64,000 nt of DNA from a bacterium (GTDB lineage: Bacteria > Auribacterota > Tritonobacteria > UBA1439): the NCBI GenBank assembly GCA_028716845.1, contig JAQUPF010000004.1, positions 128,730 to 192,729 of the forward strand, in the 5' to 3' direction. Below the pieces are notes generated by a model. The model was given only the letters and a program-made list of their open reading frames with translations, was not told the DNA's origin and did no database searches. A program made the position numbers and the translations under genes. Of this stretch, positions 40,794-49,467 are shown one piece after another. How positions within the stretch are numbered: position 1 is the first letter of the stretch; each line of letters opens with the position of its first letter.

Positions 40794-41690
40794 ATGAACC
40801 TGATTGAGATTAGCAGAATGTCGGAGAATGAGGCAAGGGAATACGTCGAGAGTATCCGTTGGCCGCAAGGCCCCGTGTGCCCCCACTGCGGCGACAAGAA
40901 GCGCGCCTATCCGCTCAAGGGCAAGGCGACGAGGTCCGGCGTATACAAGTGCGGGGCCTGTCGGAAGCAGTTTACTGTGACAGTCGGTACGGTCCTCCAC
41001 CGCTCGCATATCTCCCTGAGACAGTGGATTATCGCCTTCCATCTGATGTGCTCCAGCAAGAAGGGCGTCTCGGCCCTCCAACTTCAGCGCGAAATGGGCC
41101 TGAAGTCCTATCAGGCCGCGTGGTTTCTCGCGCATCGTATACGCGCCGCCATGAAGGAAGACCCGCTCGCCTCTCTCCTCGACGGCACGGTGGAGGCGGA
41201 CGAGACTTACATCGGGGGGAAGGGAAAGCCCGGATCGAAGCGCGGTAGGGGCACCTCGAAGATGCCGGTGGTCGCGCTCATATCCCGTAAGGGGCGCGCA
41301 TACTCGAAGCCGGTCGAGCGCGTCAACGCCAAGGAACTGAAGGGCGCGATCCGTAAGATGGTAAGTAAGGATTCCAGGATAATCACCGACGAGTGGAAAG
41401 CGTATCAGGGGATAGGGAGAGAATTCGCGGGCGGACACGAATCGGTAAATCACGGAGAAAAGGAGTACGCCCGCGGCGATGTTCATGTAAACAATGCGGA
41501 ATCTTACTTTGCTTTACTGAAGCGCGGTGTACATGGTATATTTCATCATGTCTCCCGCGAACATCTTGGACGTTACTGCGATGAGTTCTCATTCCGCTGG
41601 AATCATCGTAAAGTATCCGATGGTGAAAGGACGATCGCGGCTATCCGGGGAATCGCAGGGAAGAGGTTGGCATATCAGGCAAGCCGGTAG
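40794..41690 (+). CDS. IS1595-family (ISXO2-like) transposase
   Basis: The N-terminal zinc-ribbon is CPHCG...CGAC. The DDE region is present. The C-terminal family signature is HVNNAESYFALLKRG...EFSFRWNHR. Confidence 0.8.
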   Translation: MNLIEISRMSENEAREYVESIRWPQGPVCPHCGDKKRAYPLKGKATRSGVYKCGACRKQFTVTVGTVLHRSHISLRQWIIAFHLMCSSKKGVSALQLQREMGLKSYQAAWFLAHRIRAAMKEDPLASLLDGTVEADETYIGGKGKPGSKRGRGTSKMPVVALISRKGRAYSKPVERVNAKELKGAIRKMVSKDSRIITDEWKAYQGIGREFAGGHESVNHGEKEYARGDVHVNNAESYFALLKRGVHGIFHHVSREHLGRYCDEFSFRWNHRKVSDGERTIAAIRGIAGKRLAYQASR

Positions 41691-41711
41691 TTTATAAAGA
41701 AGCATCTTACA

Positions 41712-42647
41712 ATGATAAGGCAAGAATACTTATTCAATATGAGCAATGCCATACGCCAGAAATTAGGCAAGTACCAGATTTTTAATATAGATGCTTTTCT
41801 CTGGCTATCGAATGCAAAACCCAATTCTATTCATGCGGTCGTCACTGATCCCCCCTATGGGTTGGTGGAATATACAGCGAAACAACTCGAAAAGAAAAAG
41901 AACGGGAATGGCGGAGTCTGGAGAATCCCTCCATCGTTCGATGGTTGCCAACGCAGCCCCTTGCCGCGCTTCACTATCCTTAATGGGAATGACAAAGAAG
42001 CATTGAGGTCATTTTTCGATAAGTTAGCGCGCGAGCTTTTACGTGTCCTAGTCCCGGGCGCCCATGTATTCATCGCCACAAACCCACTTGTTTCTTATCT
42101 GGTTTATGAGCCGTTCATCTCCAATGGATTCGAGAAGCGAGGGGAGGTTATTCGAGTGGTTCAAACCCTAAGAGGCGGCGACCGCCCTAAAAACGCGCAT
42201 CAGGAATTCCCTGACATATCTGTAATGCCAAGGTCGTGTTGGGAGCCGTGGGGTCTATTTAGAAAGCCATGCGAGGGTAGAGTGCAGGATAACCTGCGCA
42301 AATGGCGGACTGGAGGATTGCGCCGCGTTTCAGATACCGAACCTTTCAAGGATTTGATTTATTCGCCGCCCGCACGCGGAATAGAACGTGAAATTGCCCC
42401 GCACCCATCATTAAAACCGCAGCATTATCTTAGGCAGATTGTCAGGGCAGCGCTGCCTCTTGGCAGCGGAATCATTCTCGACCCATTCATGGGGTCAGGG
42501 TCTACCATTGCTGCCGCAGTGGCGTGCGGTCTTGAAAGTATAGGGCTGGAAGTTAATAATGAGTTCTTTGGAATTGCTGAAAGGGCCATTCCGAAACTCG
42601 CCATTTATAATCCTTCCGGAGACAATAATAATGGTCCGGAATACTGA
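41712..42647 (+). CDS. Beta-class DNA methyltransferase (N6-adenine or N4-cytosine)
   Basis: Motif IV DPPY (VVTDPPYG) precedes motif I FMGSGSTIAAA, a circularly permuted beta-group arrangement. Confidence 0.8.
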   Translation: MIRQEYLFNMSNAIRQKLGKYQIFNIDAFLWLSNAKPNSIHAVVTDPPYGLVEYTAKQLEKKKNGNGGVWRIPPSFDGCQRSPLPRFTILNGNDKEALRSFFDKLARELLRVLVPGAHVFIATNPLVSYLVYEPFISNGFEKRGEVIRVVQTLRGGDRPKNAHQEFPDISVMPRSCWEPWGLFRKPCEGRVQDNLRKWRTGGLRRVSDTEPFKDLIYSPPARGIEREIAPHPSLKPQHYLRQIVRAALPLGSGIILDPFMGSGSTIAAAVACGLESIGLEVNNEFFGIAERAIPKLAIYNPSGDNNNGPEY

Positions 42648-43239
42648 CTTTAATAATTCTGTCCCCTTGCCTCCGGGGCTCGCCATTGCTTCAATAAGGA
42701 AGGCGATAGAATACGTGGAAAGGGAATTGGCTGACTTAGCAGAACTCTATTTTGAGCAAGCGAATGTATTCAGCGCCTTAGTTGGGATATATGCTACTAA
42801 AGCACTTGATGCAAACAGTGTGTATGAAAAGCAGCGACATGCCGATTTGGCGCAACAGCGATTCCCTGATTTGAAAAAGCGCGGAAGCGGTGCAAAGCCA
42901 AGCCCACGAGAATCACTTGAATGCAAAGCGAGTAAAAGACCATGGGCAGTGCAATCGCATTACGACCATTCCGGTTGGTATATTATCTGGCGCTATCTTG
43001 TCGATACAACCTGTTCACTTGAGCGCAATCGCCCGGTAATTATCTGGAGAGTTGATGTTGTCTTCGTAAAGAAGAACGATTGGAAATATGAGGGTAGCAA
43101 GGCAAAAGCCGGCAGAGGTGGAAGAACCCATACTTTTGGGATGAAAAACCCGGCATCCAAGTTAAAAAATGCTGCTGTTTATAATCGCGTAGATGTAAAG
43201 ATCTCTGGAGGGAAAGCTATCCCTCGAAACGGAGGGTGA
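42631..43239 (+). CDS. Putative type II restriction endonuclease partner of the MTase
   Basis: It overlaps the MTase stop by 17 nt. It carries a PD-(D/E)xK-like PRESLECK motif. It has low GC and no other recognisable domain. Confidence 0.4.
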   Translation: MVRNTDFNNSVPLPPGLAIASIRKAIEYVERELADLAELYFEQANVFSALVGIYATKALDANSVYEKQRHADLAQQRFPDLKKRGSGAKPSPRESLECKASKRPWAVQSHYDHSGWYIIWRYLVDTTCSLERNRPVIIWRVDVVFVKKNDWKYEGSKAKAGRGGRTHTFGMKNPASKLKNAAVYNRVDVKISGGKAIPRNGG

Positions 43240-43399
43240 TACAGGAGGATAAGATGGCCCATGAAAAAAGAGAAGGGAAATCACGCCGCCTAAAACCCAT
43301 TTCTCTTCATCCTCTTCCAGTCCAAGATGCCATATCGGCTTTCATTGCCGTTGATCCGAAGAAGATTGAAGAGAGGATGAAACGGGAAAAGAAGCAGGA

Positions 43400-44377
43400 T
43401 TAGATTGCTGGCAGATTATCAGACATAGGTTTTTGAACATCGGCTACTGGAGCCATTGCTTTTAACTTCTCCGAGATTATCCTTTCTCGTTCCATTCTAA
43501 AAGAATCTTGATTGATAACTTCAAGAATTTTTGAAACTGGCACCACAATAGCTATCCCCATATTCAACCGCTCTTCGAGAAGCGCATTATCGGACGTGCT
43601 TGCATCTTCTGATAATTTCGATTCCCAGTGACCGTGCATAAGACCCATCCAATAAAATAGTCTCTCGGCACCCGTTCTAAAAGATTTCCCTATAACGCGA
43701 CTAGCGCCGGTATACAGGAATACTGGTGATCCACTCAGCCCACCAATTGATCTGGCTTCCACCAAATAAGCGTCGATAGGCCCGAGGTCGTCCGTATGTA
43801 CCCGCTCATCTGGCATAAGTGCTATATTCCCAACTCTGACAATGGGGAGATTCTTTTGACGACCATAATGACTTGAAAATAGCCCGGTTAAAAATACCTC
43901 GTCTCCAACTCCAATCCCTTCCGATTTAATTACCTTATCGGTCATAACCATCTCTAGGGGGATAGACATATAGTCGAACCGATCAATCGGGAGCATCAAT
44001 GACAATACTGCTACATCCACAGATTTATCGTTGGGATGGAACATCCAATTTGCTAATGGAGTTGAAACGTATGCGCTTGATCCGGCAGTAGTATTCACCC
44101 TCAACCACACCTGCCCATCCGTGGCATGCTTCTTGACATGTTCTATGACGTGCCGCGCTGTAACAATGTAGGCGAAAAAAATAGAGTTATCTGTTGGGAT
44201 GGAAACCGCAACGAAAAATACAGTACCGGCTAAAGCATATCCATCGCCTACTTTAAAGCAGGCGAATGCCACGCATTTTCGTACCGTGTCCGGAACTTGC
44301 ATGGGATTACGCTCCTCTTCGGCAACGTAATACTGAGGGCATCCCCCCAAACGATAATCTACCATAAGCCTGTTCAT
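43400..44377 (-). CDS. Trypsin-like (S1/chymotrypsin-fold) serine protease
   Basis: The His motif is TARHV and the Ser motif is GGLSGSPVF (GDSGGP-like). GC is about 45%. Confidence 0.65.
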   Translation of the reverse strand: MNRLMVDYRLGGCPQYYVAEEERNPMQVPDTVRKCVAFACFKVGDGYALAGTVFFVAVSIPTDNSIFFAYIVTARHVIEHVKKHATDGQVWLRVNTTAGSSAYVSTPLANWMFHPNDKSVDVAVLSLMLPIDRFDYMSIPLEMVMTDKVIKSEGIGVGDEVFLTGLFSSHYGRQKNLPIVRVGNIALMPDERVHTDDLGPIDAYLVEARSIGGLSGSPVFLYTGASRVIGKSFRTGAERLFYWMGLMHGHWESKLSEDASTSDNALLEERLNMGIAIVVPVSKILEVINQDSFRMERERIISEKLKAMAPVADVQKPMSDNLPAI

Positions 44378-44413
44378 TGTCGTGCTATAATTCCCTATGA
44401 AAACATGGGTTTG

Positions 44414-44698
44414 TTAAGCGGATAATTCCGTTGAATAATATAGCCCTGTACTAAGTACTAAATAGTTCCAAAACGATTTCCTAAGATATGGCTGTCCCAA
44501 ATAGCTAGCCAAACAACTGCCTAAAGCAAAGCATAATGGAAATACTATTAGAAAGATGATCCCGAGCAAAGATTCTGGAGATCTACCAGTTTTCACTACT
44601 ATCGGTCTAAAGATAACTACTTCAATAATTGCGTACAAACTGAGAGAGACAGAAATACCGATAATCAAATACAAGATCAATAAGCATAGCTTCTTCAT
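44414..44698 (-). CDS. Small membrane protein
   Basis: It has 3 predicted TM helices, low GC, and a Lys-Lys N-terminus. Confidence 0.4.
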   Translation of the reverse strand: MKKLCLLILYLIIGISVSLSLYAIIEVVIFRPIVVKTGRSPESLLGIIFLIVFPLCFALGSCLASYLGQPYLRKSFWNYLVLSTGLYYSTELSA

Positions 44699-44784
44699 GA
44701 TTCAATGTAATCTAACGTTCAGGCCGAGACGCGTTTTTATGCGCCAGCATAAATACGTAGTCTCCAGCCTCTGGTTCGACCCTC

Positions 44785-45291
44785 TTATATCAGTCTTGTG
44801 ATCAGAACGATTGCCAAAGCTCCGAGTGCAGCAAGATACGTTTTGGGGGGTAAGCGAAAGCGCATGCCCCACGCGATGCTGATGTATGCCAGATTGAACA
44901 GGACGAGCAGAGCATCGAAGAGCGTACGAAGTGCCTCTGCGAAGAAGCTGTTGACGTCGTCCGGAATGGCACGCAGCAGTGCCGTGAAGCCAAGAACCAT
45001 GAACGCCGCTGCTACTTGGAAGTAGAAGAACTCCTGAGTGCTCAGTCGTGGCTCGGTCCACGCACGGCCCTTCCGAACGAAGTGTCGCCACATCAGAACG
45101 AGGATGAGCCCCCAGAGACATAGTATCAGCCAAGGGGCGAATCGTCCCGCATTGCTGTCTTCGCCGAAGGCAAACAGGATTATGGCAACAAGGGCTGCGA
45201 CCGGAAACACGAGCATGCCGCCACCGACGACGAGGTAGATCGCCATACTTGCTATCGAGTTTGTCTGCCATGTTGTGCGTGCTCGAGTCAT
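44785..45291 (-). CDS. Membrane protein
   Basis: It has 4-5 predicted TM helices. The start is trimmed to MTRARTTWQT. Confidence 0.4.
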   Translation of the reverse strand: MTRARTTWQTNSIASMAIYLVVGGGMLVFPVAALVAIILFAFGEDSNAGRFAPWLILCLWGLILVLMWRHFVRKGRAWTEPRLSTQEFFYFQVAAAFMVLGFTALLRAIPDDVNSFFAEALRTLFDALLVLFNLAYISIAWGMRFRLPPKTYLAALGALAIVLITRLI

Positions 45292-45449
45292 CTTCTCACG
45301 AGGTCGAACGATTACTTGGGTTCGAATTCCTTTTCCGCGAGTGATGATCACAGCAAATGTCTTCCCATGGAAAATATGTTGCGACGGACAATATGAATAC
45401 CTGAAATCAAGTTATATCCAGGAAGAGGCTCCAATCAACGACAGCCTCT

Positions 45450-45690
45450 CTAGCGTAATGGGCGGCCCATGCGAGGCGTCTCGATGGGACCATACGGTTC
45501 GCCCCGCTGCTTCTCCAGCTTCGCCACGAGATCCCGAACGGCCTGATTCACCACGTCCGAGCGGGTCACCCGATCCCACCACGCCACCCGGCGAATCGCC
45601 TCAGCAACGTACGCGGCGAGTTCGATTGTCTGCCGGTACGTCTCGCCCTTGGCCCTCCGCGGGCGGGTCCATCCCCCAGGTTGTCTGACG
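45450..45690 (-). pseudogene. Ribbon-helix-helix (CopG/Arc-like) protein remnant, no intact start
   Basis: The minus-strand translation ...GETYRQTIELAAYVAEAIRRVAWWDRVTRSDVVNQAVRDLVAKLEKQRGEPY has an RHH beta-strand plus two helices. The upstream reading frame is broken. The stretch has high GC, unlike its flanks. Confidence 0.3.
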
Positions 45691-46134
45691 TGTCGCCGTA
45701 TCTTTTCAAGGCATGGCCGGACCGCCGGGGACTTTCCCAGGGAGCGCCTTGAGCGTCATCGAGTGATCCATTGAAATGTCAGCGGTCATACCTGTTATCC
45801 CGTCGGCACCAAGATGGATTGTAAACGACAAATGTACTAATAGTCCAAGGGAAATCAGGGAATTCGCGTTAGTAGAGTATCGGTAATCCGCTATCCTTTC
45901 AGTTTACCGCGATCGGCAGGATCCAGGGGGTCTGCTTGCTTTTGGCTATGTGCTTTCGGATGGTACCATTGAAAATGGGTTGTTACAATCCGAATCGCAC
46001 TCAACGCAAATAGGAAATAGCCGGCGGCAGACCTCTACTATTGACTAGACCATGGTGGAAGATTCAGAAACCCATTAGTCAATTGTAGAGGTCTGATTCT
46101 GATTTTACACAGAAGGGAAAAGGCACGAGCGAGA

Positions 46135-46268
46135 GGATGGAGAAACGGCTGCAGACCGGTGAGGGACTATTCAGCGAGCAATGGCCGTGGCCTGACCTCG
46201 GAATAACCCAATTACGGCGAGCATCCCAAGTCGGCGCTTTCTATTGTTAAGAATAAAGATGTGACCGC
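46135..46268. repeat. Roughly 135-bp dispersed repeat, copy 2
   Basis: It is the paralog of 38787-38925 and sits immediately 5' of the IstB fragment. Confidence 0.5.
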
Positions 46269-46443
46269 AAGCACCATGATGACCTCCAACCGCCCCATCG
46301 AGGAATGGGAGAAGCTCATCGGCGATGTCCCCTCGGCAACGGCCATCCTGGACCGCTTCCTGCACCACGCCGAGATTATCCCGATCAAGGGCATGAGTTA
46401 CCGATTGAAAGATCGGGCTTGCATATCTATCAAGGAAGGATGA
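46261..46443 (+). pseudogene. IS21-family IstB helper ATPase, C-terminal fragment
   Basis: TSNRPIEEWEKLIGDVPSATAILDRFLHHAEIIPIKGMSYRLKDR is the IstB C-terminal consensus. No istA or N-terminal part is present. Confidence 0.7.
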
Positions 46444-46530
46444 TTATCTGATCACTTACTGGCTGATTTTTAAGTAACCGCGAGTAGCTGATTATGATGT
46501 GACCGGTGACATTAAGAGGAGATGACCAAT

Positions 46531-46941
46531 ATGGACATATCCGCAGATGAGATCAAGGAGGGATTGGTCCTGTTCCTCGACCCGGAGATTTTAATCGCTA
46601 AAGGCGCAACGTGCTCAGTGCCAGATAATTATAGGGCGAGAAAGAGTCGGCCCTTTTTATGCATAGATGCAGATTCATCTTCTGGTACCTGTATTCCACT
46701 CTATAGCTCTGATGCTAAGGGCCGAGGACCAATTGAGGAAGATAGCAAAGAGGGAGATGATATATGGATAGTTAGTGACAGCTACTATGACACTAGGCAA
46801 CAATGGAATGCGGTGGCCCATGAAACAATCATAGCTGCTGCTAGGGGAGATCAATCAACTACTGATCTAAGAAACACCGTTACTCCTGAGTGCCTTCGAG
46901 ACATTAAAGAAGATTACAGAATCAGCAATCGCCTGGCATAG
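46531..46941 (+). CDS. Hypothetical protein (low GC)
   Basis: The AGGAG RBS is followed by an ORF of about 136 aa with no recognisable domains. Confidence 0.35.
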   Translation: MDISADEIKEGLVLFLDPEILIAKGATCSVPDNYRARKSRPFLCIDADSSSGTCIPLYSSDAKGRGPIEEDSKEGDDIWIVSDSYYDTRQQWNAVAHETIIAAARGDQSTTDLRNTVTPECLRDIKEDYRISNRLA

Positions 46942-47055
46942 CCAAACCGCCTCAGCATCCAGCAACCCGTTCAGCGTCTCCTCAAACGATCTCCGCACCA
47001 CCCTGTCCAGATGCGCCCGGATCTCACCCTCATCAACCTCAGAAACGCTCTTCAA
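46920..47055 (-). pseudogene. IS256-family transposase N-terminal fragment
   Basis: LDRVVRRSFEETLNGLLDAEAVWLCQA matches the IS256 N-terminal consensus (VEETLNALLDAEADxLC). It is truncated by the low-GC insert and has high GC. Confidence 0.5.
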
Positions 47056-47216
47056 CCCGGCCCCTGTTTCGCTATCCTCTTCACGAGCAGTGCCTCCTCG
47101 CCTGTCGGGCGTGTTGGCTCTTCCACAAACACCGACTAGCAGGAAGCCTGCTCCTTGTAAAGTGCGAATAATAGCGTACTTTGACGTGATTAATCGGGGC
47201 CTGACAATAATACCCT

Positions 47217-48269
47217 CTATTTGTCCTTTTCTGTAGGGTCTGGTGCTTTGTCTCCCGTATTATCTTCTTCCCGTTTCTTTCCTTTATCATCATATCCTAT
47301 ATCGCGATAAAGGTTGTCAAGCGGATGATCTAAACGTCCCAAGATATCTTCGACCTTGCTTGGATAGCCAAAATACTTGCTCCAATCATAAATTCCAGCA
47401 GGCGCTATTAAACTAGGCTGGCTTAATTTATCGAGGGTCTTTTGTATATTTTCTTTCATCCCTTGATCCATCTTAAGTACAGCAATATTTGCCCTCAGAT
47501 TGCCTATCATTCTATTATTTTCCTCCAGCATATTCCGAGATTCGGCACTTCTTTTTTCCAGTTCATTTTTTAGAATTCTAATAAATGATCCCATTTCATC
47601 TGCACTTCCAGCTAATCTGTTAAATATAACCAAGAATTGCTCTAATAATGGTTCACTGATACTATATGGATAACGTATCTGATGATCTATTTCGCTCCAA
47701 CCTTCTTCAAATATTGTTCTCACCTGTATCTCCGCAATGATTTCCGATCCTTTATCGGGGCTCACAGTAATTGTGTAATGGATTGACCTATATCCATAAG
47801 GATGCTCATTAATTTCGCATCCCTTTTCTTTGAATGCTCTAATGATATTTTCTGAATCACCAGATCTCACATTCGCCACTGTTATTTCTTTTAAATCCCA
47901 AGTATTTACTACATAATTGTGAATGTCTTTCCAGTCATTCTTAAAAAGGTGCAATGCCCTGACACCGATCAAATCGAATATTACTTGCCTATAGTTATCC
48001 CGATCAATCGATAAGTTATTGTCTGCAATTTGTTTCCTAATTATCTTGGCTATTAAATGTTCTGGATCCTTTATTCGGAATTTAACTGAATGAACTTGAG
48101 GTATAGCTCTCAAGTTATCAGCAATCGTGTCAGCTTGAGGCTCAAGCAATTCCATATAACTTAGATAGTTCTTTTCTATCTCTTCAAGTTCAGTCCATTT
48201 GAAACCTGTACTTTTGAAATCTTCCAAAGTTATACTATATTTCTTTAAAAACATATTTTGTGCTAACAT
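47217..48269 (-). CDS. RelA/SpoT-domain protein (small alarmone synthetase-like, candidate toxSAS or CapRel-type fused toxin-antitoxin)
   Basis: The PF04607 motifs are VKFRIKDPEHLIAKIIRK, DLIGVRA, GYRSIHYT and EIQVRTIFEEGWSEIDH. A roughly 130-aa C-terminal extension follows. GC is about 40%. Confidence 0.7.
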   Translation of the reverse strand: MLAQNMFLKKYSITLEDFKSTGFKWTELEEIEKNYLSYMELLEPQADTIADNLRAIPQVHSVKFRIKDPEHLIAKIIRKQIADNNLSIDRDNYRQVIFDLIGVRALHLFKNDWKDIHNYVVNTWDLKEITVANVRSGDSENIIRAFKEKGCEINEHPYGYRSIHYTITVSPDKGSEIIAEIQVRTIFEEGWSEIDHQIRYPYSISEPLLEQFLVIFNRLAGSADEMGSFIRILKNELEKRSAESRNMLEENNRMIGNLRANIAVLKMDQGMKENIQKTLDKLSQPSLIAPAGIYDWSKYFGYPSKVEDILGRLDHPLDNLYRDIGYDDKGKKREEDNTGDKAPDPTEKDK

Positions 48270-48397
48270 TTTGCACCTCGCCTATCCTTCTCTCATAGTG
48301 TCTGGTTATATCCCGTTCCTCCGTGGCTGGTTATGACCGGCCGATGACACTTTATCAGTGCCGACATCATCCCCGAAACATAATGCACCCTCCAAGG

Positions 48398-49219
48398 TTA
48401 TTCCACTGGCTCTTCAAGCCCTGTGTTTCTCTTCCAGCGTTCAATAGAAGCACGATTGATCGGAGCGGTAATCATATCTGTTATATCTTTTTCTACACGT
48501 GCAAATCCAGCCTTAGACAGACGCTCTCTTACTACCATCTCTTTGCCACGAGATAATCCCTTTTGATAATGACCTGCAAGGTAATGTGCAAGCCATAGCC
48601 CCCCCTGTGAATCTCCTGCTAATGAGCTATCACTCCAGATTATACACATGTCTGCGTTAGTGAATCGCAACCTCGATTTAAATAACTCAGCTTCATCGCG
48701 ATTCATTCTCCTCGCTGCTTGTAAAATACCATTGAGCTGCCCGCTCAACCTATGAACACTGTCTATGAATATTCTCCTCGTTGGTTTGGGCATTGTCTTT
48801 TGATCCAACACAATCGAGAGACCATCTACGAAATCCTTTGCTATGGCGGATACGGTTGCCTGAGCTATTGCCTGCCCCATGCAGAATTGCCATACCCAGT
48901 TCCTTAATCCTATTCCCTCTTCTGTTAGATAGTGTCTATTAGCCCCAGTAATCAACCTTGTGGCTCTTGCCATCGTATTCATTTTCGAAAGCTTACTTTG
49001 TATTTTATTGCCGTATCCTCTATCTGGATATATGTAAGAAATGTGCGGAAAAGCGTTAAGCTCCTTGATTTTCTTAACAAGCCAATCAACATGTCCATTC
49101 GGTTTATCTATCGTAGGGGGATCGCCTAAGATTGCTACAGTGGCAGCAACAAAAGGGGGGTCGCCATCATTCATCGGCATCGTGCCTGCTTCGTCACCAT
49201 AAATCCGAAGAATAGCCAT
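48398..49219 (-). CDS. DUF3800-family protein
   Basis: The N-terminus MAILRIYGDEAG matches the DUF3800 (y)IDESG start. It has low GC and is adjacent to the RelA/SpoT gene. Confidence 0.5.
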   Translation of the reverse strand: MAILRIYGDEAGTMPMNDGDPPFVAATVAILGDPPTIDKPNGHVDWLVKKIKELNAFPHISYIYPDRGYGNKIQSKLSKMNTMARATRLITGANRHYLTEEGIGLRNWVWQFCMGQAIAQATVSAIAKDFVDGLSIVLDQKTMPKPTRRIFIDSVHRLSGQLNGILQAARRMNRDEAELFKSRLRFTNADMCIIWSDSSLAGDSQGGLWLAHYLAGHYQKGLSRGKEMVVRERLSKAGFARVEKDITDMITAPINRASIERWKRNTGLEEPVE

Positions 49220-49467
49220 GTCTCAACCTGCCTTTCTACTGGTGACAATCGTGATGGCATTATTCCCATAATAGCACTGCTGGCAGCCCTGCATGATGTA
49301 TATGCCCTATTCATTGGATATTCTACCGGATCATGGTGGAGAGAATAAGCAAAGCATTTTAAAGCATTTTGCGTTTTGTCCATTCTCCAATTCAATTTCC
49401 CGCAGCCTGGTTGCAGCCAGGAACACCACCTTGTTTCCGTCAGGAATACTGGCAGCTTCGCATATGT

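Larger units (their letters stand above)
40482..46048. mobile_element. Candidate IS1595-family cargo transposon (about 5.6 kb) with 20-bp terminal inverted repeats
   Basis: The left end GAGTCAATAGTAGAGGTCTG (40482-40501) and the right end CAGACCTCTACTATTGACTA (46029-46048) are perfect inverted copies. GC content is low. It carries an IS1595 transposase, a type II MTase/REase pair, an S1 protease, 2 membrane proteins and an RHH remnant. A third direct copy of the end sits 26 bp outside at 46075-46111. Confidence 0.5.

Noticed and set aside
45275-45688. A plus-strand 137-aa ORF overlapping the RHH remnant.
   Set aside because: It is a Pro/Ser/Arg-rich low-complexity translation antisense to a recognisable ribbon-helix-helix reading frame.
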